DNA from: a virus | Lineage: Duplodnaviria; Caudoviricetes | Reading direction: 5' to 3' (one strand) | IMG/VR virus record: IMGVR_UViG_3300028392_002123 | Length of the DNA: 64,000 nucleotides | In this document: one piece after another, positions 36,292 to 45,322 of the stretch | How the letters are laid out: every line of letters begins with the position of its first letter | How positions within the stretch are numbered: position 1 is the stretch's first letter | Notes under the pieces: model-generated | What the model saw: the letters and a program-made list of their open reading frames with translations, nothing else | What the model was told of the DNA's origin: nothing | The model's database searches: none | Position numbers and translations under genes: made by a program

Positions 36292-37180
36292 TTTACAATT
36301 AGATCCTAGTACAGGTAATTTATTTTATGCTGAACGAGTTATAAAAAAAGAACCTGTGAAAAAAGAAAAGAAATTCAGGATCGCTGTCTGTTACAGCGGC
36401 CAAGCTAGACATTGGCAGACCTGTGTGGATAACAATAAAAGATTTTTTGATAGTTGGACATCGCATCCTGAAACTGGCCTAGACATTGAAGTAGATTATT
36501 TTATACATACATGGGATCGTAACACTTGGCGCTTGCCCAAACAAGGACACGAACATTTTACTATAGAAAAACACAGGGATGCAGATTCAATTGAACAAGC
36601 ATATAGTCCAAAAGGTTTCATATGTGAAGAATTCGATGCTACCCAGTTCCCCCGAGCATGGGATCCTATGTTTTATAGCCATGCAAGAAGTTTGATGTTA
36701 AAGCGAGACTACGAGCTTAAAAACGATGTTAGATATGACATAGTTATTAAAGCAAGACTGGATGTGGTATATCCGCCGAGTATGCCTTTTCCCCTGCAAC
36801 GAGTATGGCCAGGCGTATGCTATACTTGTACACCTATAGGCAAGTTTCCCAGCGAATTTAATTACAATAATTTTGATGATGTATTATTCTATGGAGACAG
36901 TCCTACCATGGACCTAATAGGCGACATATATTTTAAACTTAGACAACAGCATACTTCTGCCTACATTGACAGCGTGGAAGCCACTGCTAACCTAGATGTT
37001 ACATTATGGTACGGGCCCGGCTGTTTAATATATGATCATTGCACAGACCTAGGAATACATCCAGACGGTAATAGAGTTATCGAATATGCAGTTGTAAGAA
37101 GTACTGCAACTGAAAAAAACTTAGATGGTATATACGACTATGACGAAATCAGAAAAAAATGGTTTGAGTGGTATATCTAA
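36272..37180 (+). CDS. Glycosyltransferase-like protein, family B, copy 3 (ATG 36278 is the likely start)
   Basis: IAVCYSGQARH, DYFIHTWD, YDIVIKARLD, FDDVLFYG. Confidence 0.5.
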   Translation: MDMSLFDLQLDPSTGNLFYAERVIKKEPVKKEKKFRIAVCYSGQARHWQTCVDNNKRFFDSWTSHPETGLDIEVDYFIHTWDRNTWRLPKQGHEHFTIEKHRDADSIEQAYSPKGFICEEFDATQFPRAWDPMFYSHARSLMLKRDYELKNDVRYDIVIKARLDVVYPPSMPFPLQRVWPGVCYTCTPIGKFPSEFNYNNFDDVLFYGDSPTMDLIGDIYFKLRQQHTSAYIDSVEATANLDVTLWYGPGCLIYDHCTDLGIHPDGNRVIEYAVVRSTATEKNLDGIYDYDEIRKKWFEWYI

Positions 37181-38114
37181 ATCTATCTTAGATAGAATTG
37201 CTGGTCCAGGTCCGCAACTAGATAACGACGAATTGGAAATCATTTGCGACGGCGATTCATGGGTATTTGGCTGTGAAATCGTTGACCCTAAATTAAAAAA
37301 GAAACAGGATGATGACACACATCCAGGCAATTATGATTTTGAAGAAGCCAACGATCAATATCGCAGGCCTAGAATTTTTAGCCATCATCTCAGCAAACTA
37401 TTAAAATGTCGTGTAACAAACCTAAGTTGGCCCGCCGATGATAACAATACCATAGTTAGAAGAACAATAGAATATATTAGCAGTGAGTATATTGCAAAAA
37501 ATCGCAGTACAGATAATTTGTTTGTAATGATCGGATGGAGCAGTCCTGAAAGAAATAGCTTTTGGTACAAGGATGACACTATGAGTGCTCCTTTTAGACT
37601 GTGGCCTCAGGTAGCTCATTTTGACGCACCGGCACAAAAGAAATTTTGGGAATTATATGTACCATACCTATGGCACCCAGAAGAATACATGCCCAGGTAT
37701 GTATATAATGTAATACAATTCCAGAATTTCTGTAATGCACACAACATTAAATGGATGTGTTGGAATAGTTTTTATCAAACTCCTGCAAGAAATCCCAATG
37801 AATGGCATGATCTAGATGTACGAGAAGAATTATTAAAGTTGACTAACATGGTTGCTGGTTATCAATATCAATGCACAGATACTCCAGATATCAGACATAA
37901 CAGAATGAACAACTATTTAAATTTATGGAATACTGTTGATCCTCTACGTTTTTATAAAAAGGATCAGCCCAACAATACTTTTAAGAGTTATATAGAACAG
38001 CCTGATTTAGACATCAAAAATGTATTATGCGGATGGCATCCTAGTCCAGATAGTCACAAGGCCTGGGCTCGAGAGTTAGTTAGATATATTAAAGAAAACA
38101 ATTTATTGCCATGA
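37125..38114 (+). CDS. SGNH/GDSL-like hydrolase or acyltransferase (start uncertain)
   Basis: CDGDSWVFG (block I Ser), IGWSSPER, GWHPSPDSH (C-terminal His). Confidence 0.65.
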   Translation: MVYTTMTKSEKNGLSGISKSILDRIAGPGPQLDNDELEIICDGDSWVFGCEIVDPKLKKKQDDDTHPGNYDFEEANDQYRRPRIFSHHLSKLLKCRVTNLSWPADDNNTIVRRTIEYISSEYIAKNRSTDNLFVMIGWSSPERNSFWYKDDTMSAPFRLWPQVAHFDAPAQKKFWELYVPYLWHPEEYMPRYVYNVIQFQNFCNAHNIKWMCWNSFYQTPARNPNEWHDLDVREELLKLTNMVAGYQYQCTDTPDIRHNRMNNYLNLWNTVDPLRFYKKDQPNNTFKSYIEQPDLDIKNVLCGWHPSPDSHKAWARELVRYIKENNLLP

Positions 38115-38956
38115 TTAAACATCTAGTCACAAATGGCTGTAGCTGGACGTCAGGCAATGAGCTAGAATTTGATCCTGAGTTTGATAGACTGCTACAACGA
38201 TTAAAATTAGTCAAAGTAGATTCTACTAATCCTCTTAACTGGAACTTAAATGACTTAGATGGAAACTGGGCAACAACATTTGATGTACTTTACAATCATT
38301 TAAATTGGTCGGGCTATCTTAAAGATAAAATCGGTGCAGAACAGCTGACAAATTTAAGCACAGGCGGCGGCAGTAATGCTAGAATTCTAAGAACAACCTT
38401 AGACTATGTATTAAAATTACCACAGGAACTACGCAAAGAAACATTAGTAGTAATCGGATGGACAGTCAGTGAACGAGATGAAATGTATATTGCCAACAGT
38501 TGGCAACGCTGGAATGCCACACAGCCATTTAATATAACTGCTGATCGTATTAAGATGCCCGATGATTCTTTGGTAGATAAAATTACTCGTATACAAGAAG
38601 ATTATATTGTATACCTTTACAATGATTATGCGGCCGCGGGCAAATATTTTCAACAATCATACTTACTGGCAAATCTATTAGAAAACCTAGGAATAAAATA
38701 TTTCTTTTTCAATGCGCTGCCAGCTTGGTGGGAATCTGGAGAATTGGAATTTAAAGTTGACGTTGGCAGAGAGTTTAAAGAACAAGTACACTGGCAAGAA
38801 ACACACAGTAATTGTCTTAGCAATAGTAATACAATGTATAAGTTTGTTAATGATCACAAATATCCTGTAGCTCCTTGTTTTCATCCCTTAAGTCAAGGAC
38901 ACTTAGCTTGGGCAAATTACCTCAATGAGGTTATGCTGGAAAGAAACATTATATGA
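38111..38956 (+). CDS. SGNH/GDSL-like protein
   Basis: TNGCSWTSG, GGGSNARI, IGWTVSER, FHPLSQGH. Confidence 0.65.
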   Translation: MIKHLVTNGCSWTSGNELEFDPEFDRLLQRLKLVKVDSTNPLNWNLNDLDGNWATTFDVLYNHLNWSGYLKDKIGAEQLTNLSTGGGSNARILRTTLDYVLKLPQELRKETLVVIGWTVSERDEMYIANSWQRWNATQPFNITADRIKMPDDSLVDKITRIQEDYIVYLYNDYAAAGKYFQQSYLLANLLENLGIKYFFFNALPAWWESGELEFKVDVGREFKEQVHWQETHSNCLSNSNTMYKFVNDHKYPVAPCFHPLSQGHLAWANYLNEVMLERNII

Positions 38957-39573
38957 AGATTTGGGTCTACGGTTGTAGTTTTAGTGAGCCTTTTCAAATT
39001 CAACAAGGCGGAGCCGAGTGGGACGAGCATGGGTATAGAATAATAACCTCCGACTATTGGGGAACACATCTTGCCAAAAAACTTAATAGAACCTGTGTTA
39101 CTAGAAGTCTAAGCGGTGTGGGATGGAACTATATAACTGAAAAAATAGACGAAGATATCATGGATTGGAGTAAAGATGATATTATCATTATTAGTCCTAG
39201 TTTTTTCAGTAGAGTAACATTTGAAGAATTAATAAAACGTGACAGTCAAAGTGAACTAGCAGGACAATTCTTAGAATGGGATCAAGTTGCCAAATATAAT
39301 GAACTACGCTGGGCTAGAAAGGTAGACACGCTACAATATTTCAATTATAATGTCTATACTTGGGTAGTAGATACTCCTAGATTTTCAGCATTGCCAAAGA
39401 ATTTAATTAAAGCAGAACAACACATTTCTTGGAAATCCTGGATGGATGAGAATAAACAATATTGGCAGGATCCTACTACTAATAAATATCCCCTGGGAGA
39501 TTGGCACTTTAACGAACTAGGCCATAGTGCAGTAGCAGAGATAATGTATAATTTTATATGTCAACAGCAATAA
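38953..39573 (+). CDS. SGNH/GDSL-like protein
   Basis: VYGCSFSE, WGTHLAKKL, DWHFNELGH. Confidence 0.6.
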   Translation: MKIWVYGCSFSEPFQIQQGGAEWDEHGYRIITSDYWGTHLAKKLNRTCVTRSLSGVGWNYITEKIDEDIMDWSKDDIIIISPSFFSRVTFEELIKRDSQSELAGQFLEWDQVAKYNELRWARKVDTLQYFNYNVYTWVVDTPRFSALPKNLIKAEQHISWKSWMDENKQYWQDPTTNKYPLGDWHFNELGHSAVAEIMYNFICQQQ

Positions 39574-40331
39574 TTGTTTCAGGAACACTACGTCATTTAG
39601 TCAATGCTAGCAGTAGCTGGACAATTCCCGGCGACTATTTTTTAGTCATTGATCAAAACATTTATACCACACCTGATTTAACAGTGGTAGGGGATAGCCT
39701 AGATATTATCTCTGAAAATATAAGGCACAGTCACGTTAAATTTAAAAGTATATTCATTTGTGTAGACAGTAACCTGCCCAAAGAAGTAAAACATCATTCC
39801 AGCATTAACATGATTAATAAATGGAAGTTGGCCTACTATAACATACTTCCGTATAACACTATTAATAACTATGAAAGAATTATTCTTTTACGTCCAGATT
39901 TATATCTATACAAACGGGCACCAACATTTAAGATGTTGGAAATAGTTCCTGAAAATAATACTATCTATTCAACTATCGGAATAACAACAACTGAAGTACC
40001 CGACATAGGCACAAGGGAAATAATGAATGATGTATTGCTGATGTGCAACCTGCAGACATTTTCTATATTGGCCAATGAATTTGGTCCGTATTACCTAGAA
40101 CGCTATGCCGAAACTCAAAATGGCGGCTATGAAATACACAGTATGCTGGCAAGATTTGTCAAAGAAAAAGGCATTGCCGTGATGCCACATATCGATAATT
40201 ATTTTGAATTCTCAGTATTAAGAAACAACAGCAGTGAATTATTTGTTAATGGAGTATTATTACCCACTGTTGATTATAATACGATCAGAGAAAGATCACG
40301 GGATTGGTGGAAGCAAGTACATGGAAAATAA
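39558..40331 (+). CDS. Glycosyltransferase-like protein, family B, copy 4 (divergent)
   Basis: AIIVSGTLRH, YERIILLRPDL, MNDVLLM. Confidence 0.45.
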   Translation: MSTAIIVSGTLRHLVNASSSWTIPGDYFLVIDQNIYTTPDLTVVGDSLDIISENIRHSHVKFKSIFICVDSNLPKEVKHHSSINMINKWKLAYYNILPYNTINNYERIILLRPDLYLYKRAPTFKMLEIVPENNTIYSTIGITTTEVPDIGTREIMNDVLLMCNLQTFSILANEFGPYYLERYAETQNGGYEIHSMLARFVKEKGIAVMPHIDNYFEFSVLRNNSSELFVNGVLLPTVDYNTIRERSRDWWKQVHGK

Positions 40332-41139
40332 AAAATTAGTTGTCTGCGGCGATAGTTTTGCTGTAGGAATAGGCTGTCATGATCTAGTCAATGAGCCCGT
40401 GGGTAGTTTAGTTGCCCGGGAGCTGAATAAACCTTTGATAAATTTAGCCAAAGGATCTAGTACAAATTTCAGTATATTCTTGCAGATGCAGTATGTTGCG
40501 GATAAACTTGCCAATGATGTGGACTTAGTTCTAGTGGGTAATACCAGCTATGACAGAGTAGAATGGTTTCCCTTGGACACAGATTTTACCGGAGTCAGTG
40601 ATATTACCAATGAGATGGTCAACTATCATGAATATCCGCCTTACATGGAAAACAGCTATCATGTACACGGAAAAAATATATCACTGCCTAATCCCATGGC
40701 CGCTGACCCTGACTATTCTGGAGAAATGTTCACTGAGAATTACATGGGAGTCATCGACTACTGGGAAACTTATGGTAAAAAGAATCAAATAACCGAATAT
40801 TATAAAAGATTTGAAAACGAACCAAAAGCTCGAATGAACACGCTTTACAATTATGCTACTACTATACATGAAGCACGAATCAATCGCATATATAGTATAG
40901 GAGTATTAGCCATGGGTCATCAACGATTAAAACGACAGGGTATTAATCACTTAATTTTTAGTCAAGAACTTGAAGCCTATGCAAAATATATAGATAGAGA
41001 AAATCTAGTGGATATTAGTTGGGGGCAACTAAGTTTGGATTACCCAGATGATTTGCCAACTTGGCATACCAATGCAGAAGGGCATTGTGTGGCACGTGAT
41101 AAAGTTATGGCAAAGTTAAAAGAAAATGGATGGATATAA
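40321..41139 (+). CDS. SGNH/GDSL-like protein (start revised to ATG 40321)
   Basis: VCGDSFAVG, NLAKGSSTN, TWHTNAEGH. Confidence 0.65.
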   Translation: MENKKLVVCGDSFAVGIGCHDLVNEPVGSLVARELNKPLINLAKGSSTNFSIFLQMQYVADKLANDVDLVLVGNTSYDRVEWFPLDTDFTGVSDITNEMVNYHEYPPYMENSYHVHGKNISLPNPMAADPDYSGEMFTENYMGVIDYWETYGKKNQITEYYKRFENEPKARMNTLYNYATTIHEARINRIYSIGVLAMGHQRLKRQGINHLIFSQELEAYAKYIDRENLVDISWGQLSLDYPDDLPTWHTNAEGHCVARDKVMAKLKENGWI

Positions 41140-41579
41140 TGGAAATTAAAAAAGTCAATAAACACTGGGGCTATGAGTTATGGATTGCCGATGGGGTTAG
41201 AACACCCTACGCATCAAAACGCATATTGTTCAAAGCAGGGAATAGAACCAGTTTACAAGTTCATGAACACAAGTTTGAAACTAATTATGTACTCAGCGGC
41301 ACTGGCGTTCTGCATCGCAGTAAGGATCCCTTAAACATAGAACAATTTTTGGCAAACGGCATGACATCAACTCAGGTAGAAGAATATGAAGCAACATTCG
41401 AAGTCATTGAATTAAAAGAAGGTGTTGTATTTGATGTGCATCCTGGCTATGTACACAGAGTTATAGCTACCACGGATTTAGAATTCATGGAAACAAGTAC
41501 AACAGAACTTGATGATGTTATTAGACTGCAAGATGATCAAGGTCGCACACACGGAAGAATCAGCTACGAACATGGGTAA
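41130..41579 (+). CDS. Cupin-fold sugar isomerase-like protein (mannose-6-phosphate isomerase type)
   Basis: KHWGYELW, TSLQVHEHKFETNYVLSG, PGYVHRV, ETST.ELDDVIRLQD..GR. Confidence 0.75.
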   Translation: MDIMEIKKVNKHWGYELWIADGVRTPYASKRILFKAGNRTSLQVHEHKFETNYVLSGTGVLHRSKDPLNIEQFLANGMTSTQVEEYEATFEVIELKEGVVFDVHPGYVHRVIATTDLEFMETSTTELDDVIRLQDDQGRTHGRISYEHG

Positions 41580-43101
41580 TACTGTTATTATACCCACTGC
41601 TGGTCTGGGCAGTAGAATGGGAAACTATACTAAAAATCTTAATAAAGCATTATTGCCTTACAAGGACAAGCCAGTACTGGCGCATATAATTGACAATTTT
41701 CCCCGAGATAGTAAATTTATTATACCAGTGGGTCATTTAAAAGAACAGATTATAGATTTCTGTGGTGTAGCTTACAGTGACAGGGACATTGAATTTATTC
41801 ACGTCGACGACTGGACCAGTGCTAAGTCCGGCACGGGTTATACGTTATTACAATGTAAAGATAAAATAACTTCACCATTTTGGTATGTGCCCTGCGATAC
41901 ATACTTTGATCAGCCTATAATAGACAAAGTCAGAGACAAGGACTGTTATTTTGTTAAGTCAGTGCCTGAACAAGACACACATTTATACACGATGTTTGAT
42001 CAAAATAATAGTTTCTACGTACACGACATTAAATTTAAAAAAACAACTCCTGAAACATGGCGAGCATTTACTGGCCTAATGTATATCAATGACTATGCTG
42101 ATTTCTTCAATAGCCTGGAGCAAAGCAACAGCAATGAGTTTATAGGAATTATTAAACTAGGCAGCGACACAGCTAGCTTGAATACTTGGTTGGACTTTGG
42201 TAACCCCACAATATATCAAACTGAATTAAGTAAGAGTCAAAAGTTTGATTTTACTAAAAAAGACGAAGTCACTTATATATGTAATAATCGCGTAGTTAAA
42301 TGGTGGCTAGACACCACAGTGGCCAAGAAGAAATATGATAAAGTTCTGGCCAATCCCCATGTATTTCCCAATAACTGTACGCACAGCGGCAATTATATGG
42401 CCTATGATTTCTTTCCGGGTAAAACATTATATGAATTTAATAACCCAGTGGCATTCAATGAATTACTTAATTGGCTGGAAACAAATGTATGGCAGGATGT
42501 AGATGCTGATATACACACAGCCAGTATTGAATTTTATCGAACAAAAAGTCTAGCACGTATTAATAAGTTTTTAGAAAAGTATCCAGGTTTAAAACCTGTG
42601 ACTATTATAGATGGAGTGGAAGTCAAAGACTACAGTTATTACCTAGATAAAATAGACTGGGAATACTTGGCCACAGTTACTCGCCCTGGATTCCTGCACG
42701 GAGATCTACAATTTGATAATATTGTTATCAGCGACAGTGGCGAGTTTAAAATCATTGACTGGCGTCATGAGTTTGCAGGCCTAGTCGAATACGGCGATAT
42801 ATACTATGACCTAGCTAAAATGGCCGGCGGATTAATTATCAATTATGCTAATATTAAAAATCATAATTTTAACATAGAAATTGATAGTGGCATAGTTACA
42901 TTAAGTATACCTAATATTGACCATATTACAGTATATCAAGACAGACTAAAGAAATATATACTAGCCAACAATCTGGACTACAATAAAGTTAGACAGTTAA
43001 TTCCTGTTATTTTTTGGAACATGGCACCTTTGCACACAGCACCATTTGATATATTCCTATGGTACCTAGGCATTAAATTATTTGCGGAGTTAGAACAATG
43101 A
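41572..43101 (+). CDS. Bifunctional nucleotidyltransferase plus APH/choline-kinase-like phosphotransferase (start revised to ATG 41572)
   Basis: N-terminal VIIPTAGLGSRMG...KALLP (NTP transferase); C-terminal LHGDLQFDNI and KIIDWR (kinase motifs). Confidence 0.85.
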   Translation: MGNTVIIPTAGLGSRMGNYTKNLNKALLPYKDKPVLAHIIDNFPRDSKFIIPVGHLKEQIIDFCGVAYSDRDIEFIHVDDWTSAKSGTGYTLLQCKDKITSPFWYVPCDTYFDQPIIDKVRDKDCYFVKSVPEQDTHLYTMFDQNNSFYVHDIKFKKTTPETWRAFTGLMYINDYADFFNSLEQSNSNEFIGIIKLGSDTASLNTWLDFGNPTIYQTELSKSQKFDFTKKDEVTYICNNRVVKWWLDTTVAKKKYDKVLANPHVFPNNCTHSGNYMAYDFFPGKTLYEFNNPVAFNELLNWLETNVWQDVDADIHTASIEFYRTKSLARINKFLEKYPGLKPVTIIDGVEVKDYSYYLDKIDWEYLATVTRPGFLHGDLQFDNIVISDSGEFKIIDWRHEFAGLVEYGDIYYDLAKMAGGLIINYANIKNHNFNIEIDSGIVTLSIPNIDHITVYQDRLKKYILANNLDYNKVRQLIPVIFWNMAPLHTAPFDIFLWYLGIKLFAELEQ

Positions 43102-43427
43102 ATACTGCTCAACTAGCAATACGTTATTTTAAAGCATTTGCCGAAAAAGATCTAGGTTCCTTGGATGTACTCCTAGCAGACGACATAGTATTAACAGATT
43201 GGGATGGCCAGGCCATTGGTAAAGAAGCAGTTTTAAAATTCTGCGAGACTTTATTCAAAAGCGTGGGACGGCTAAATGTTGACATTGAAAAAATTGCCAT
43301 CGGGCAGGATACTGTCATGGCTGAATTGGGAATAGCCATAAACGGTGCCAATAAAATACATGTTGTCGATGTACTGGACTATGATCAAGACAAAAAAATT
43401 AAAAGAATCAGAGCTTATAAAAGATGA
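43098..43427 (+). CDS. SnoaL/NTF2-like protein
   Basis: YFKAFAEKDL..LD.LLADDI.LTDWD...GKEAV...VVDVLDY...KIKRIRAY. Confidence 0.75.
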   Translation: MNTAQLAIRYFKAFAEKDLGSLDVLLADDIVLTDWDGQAIGKEAVLKFCETLFKSVGRLNVDIEKIAIGQDTVMAELGIAINGANKIHVVDVLDYDQDKKIKRIRAYKR

Positions 43428-44146
43428 AAAAATATATAAGTCTTAGCAAGTATCCCGGCCGGCAGGGCTTATATTATTACACAGAATTCTTTAATAGAAT
43501 GAAAATAGATGCTGTTTACCAACCAATTGGCACAGATAATCTCCGAGAAGAACTGCAACGAGCGCGAGACGAAAATGTTGCAGGCATCAGTGTTAGCATG
43601 CCATTTAAACAAGAAGTAATACAGTATCTGGATCATGCAGATGCCAGCGTGTTAGCATATGAAACTTGTAATACTGTTGTTAATGTAAACAATCAGTGGC
43701 ATGGTTATAACTGTGACTACGCAGGCGCACAACGAGTATTGCAGGGAATACTATTAGAAGATAGTGTAACTATACTTGGTGCTGGCAGTATGGGATCAAT
43801 GATTTTTAAAATGATCAAGCATAATGCTAGATTGGTATCTCCTAGATTATCAAATTGGCAAGATCGGCACCAACCTGCCAGTGTAATAATTAATTGTACT
43901 AATCAAGGCACAGTTAGTACAGCGAGTCCCTTGGATTATATACCAAAAGAATGTCGAATGATCATTGATTTAACTGTCAATGACTGTGAACTAGGTCAGC
44001 AAGCCGCGATTGCAGGTGTTAAATATGTGTCTGGACAAGAATTTTACAAGTATCAATTTATGGATCAGTTTAACAAGTATACAGGTAAAATTATTAATTC
44101 CACAGATTATGACTTAGTCAGATTGGCGAAAAATGAAAAGATTTAA
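43424..44146 (+). CDS. Shikimate dehydrogenase-like oxidoreductase, SdhL (HI0607)-type
   Basis: SLS..P..G N-terminus, VSMPFK (catalytic Lys), NTV, GYNCD (catalytic Asp), LGAGSMG Rossmann motif. Confidence 0.75.
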   Translation: MKKYISLSKYPGRQGLYYYTEFFNRMKIDAVYQPIGTDNLREELQRARDENVAGISVSMPFKQEVIQYLDHADASVLAYETCNTVVNVNNQWHGYNCDYAGAQRVLQGILLEDSVTILGAGSMGSMIFKMIKHNARLVSPRLSNWQDRHQPASVIINCTNQGTVSTASPLDYIPKECRMIIDLTVNDCELGQQAAIAGVKYVSGQEFYKYQFMDQFNKYTGKIINSTDYDLVRLAKNEKI

Positions 44147-45128
44147 ACTGGGCTTTGGCCCAATGAGTTCGGAAATTGTAGACATACTTTGTGGCTACAC
44201 AGAAGAAAAAAATTATCCGTTGATGATTATTGCTAGCCGAAATCAAGTTGACTATGATAGCGGCTATGTAAAAAATACTGTTCAGCTCAGTGAGCAGGTA
44301 CGTAGTTTTGATAGAAAAAATATATTACTCTGCAGAGATCACTGTGGTCCGTATTTTGCAGATCTAGACAGGGAATTAGATGTATCCGTGGCTGTTACAC
44401 GTTGCGAAGAAACTATTTCCTCTGACATACAAGCTGGATTTGATTTAATACACATAGATGTTAGTCGCATCAAAAAAGATCAATTAAAGTGGGCCAAACA
44501 TTTAATTGAATTTGCATTAAAATTAGAACCGACTATTAAATTAGAATTCGGCAGTGAAGATAATACAGGGGTCGATGTTAATAGTAGTATTGCACGTATC
44601 GATGATCAATTAGAGTTTTTAAAGCTATACAAAGATAACATAGTATTCTTTGTCAGCCAAACAGGTAGTCTTACCAAAGACGGACAAATTGGAAAATTTA
44701 ACATAAAACAAAATAAAAAAGTTTCCGAACAATTACATGAACATGGATATTTGTTCAAAGAACATAATGCAGATTATTTTACTCCTGCAGACATTGACAA
44801 AAGAGTCTCGGCAGGCATCGACTCACTTAACATTGCACCTCAACTAGGTAAGATACAAACAGATCTACTAACTGAAATGGCAGGCAACACAGAAGAATAT
44901 TCTAAGTTCGCCGACTTAGTTTATAGTAAACCAACTATATGGTCTAGATGGATGAGCAATGGTAATACAGACAAGGCCACAGCAGTCAGTGTCAGCGGTC
45001 ATTATCATTTTGCCAGCAAAGAATATCAACAAGCCGTGGCCATGATAGATGGACAAAAGTTTAACGAAGAACTTAAACAGCGTATATATGCACTAGTGGA
45101 TATGTACAGAACATTTGATCAGGAGTAA
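44133..45128 (+). CDS. GatZ/KbaZ-like protein (tagatose-bisphosphate aldolase non-catalytic / hexose-phosphate epimerase fold)
   Basis: LMIIASRNQVD, LCRDHCGP, GFDLIHIDVS, EHNADY, LNIAPQLG. Confidence 0.7.
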   Translation: MKRFKLGFGPMSSEIVDILCGYTEEKNYPLMIIASRNQVDYDSGYVKNTVQLSEQVRSFDRKNILLCRDHCGPYFADLDRELDVSVAVTRCEETISSDIQAGFDLIHIDVSRIKKDQLKWAKHLIEFALKLEPTIKLEFGSEDNTGVDVNSSIARIDDQLEFLKLYKDNIVFFVSQTGSLTKDGQIGKFNIKQNKKVSEQLHEHGYLFKEHNADYFTPADIDKRVSAGIDSLNIAPQLGKIQTDLLTEMAGNTEEYSKFADLVYSKPTIWSRWMSNGNTDKATAVSVSGHYHFASKEYQQAVAMIDGQKFNEELKQRIYALVDMYRTFDQE

Positions 45129-45130
45129 TT

Positions 45131-45322
45131 ATGTCTATATTAGATATGTTTTCTAAAAAAGAAGAACCTAAAAAAGAACAAGATTGGCTTGATAAGCAGG
45201 CCGACGAATTAACTGAAGCTTTCAATGATCCTCAGCTAACTGAAGAGGAACGTAAACATCAAGAGCTTCTTGCTAAACGGTTAGAAGAACTACGTAAACG
45301 AGATCCTTTTATCTACAAATGA
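45131..45322 (+). CDS. Small charged protein ending RDPFIYK, coupled to the carbamoyltransferase
   Basis: AGGAG RBS before ATG 45131; ATGA overlap with the carbamoyltransferase start. Confidence 0.7.
   Translation: MSILDMFSKKEEPKKEQDWLDKQADELTEAFNDPQLTEEERKHQELLAKRLEELRKRDPFIYK

Noticed and set aside
43424-44146. Auxiliary metabolic gene for aromatic amino acid synthesis (aroE)
   Set aside because: Signatures fit the SdhL subfamily rather than AroE, there are no other aro genes, and the neighbours are sugar enzymes.
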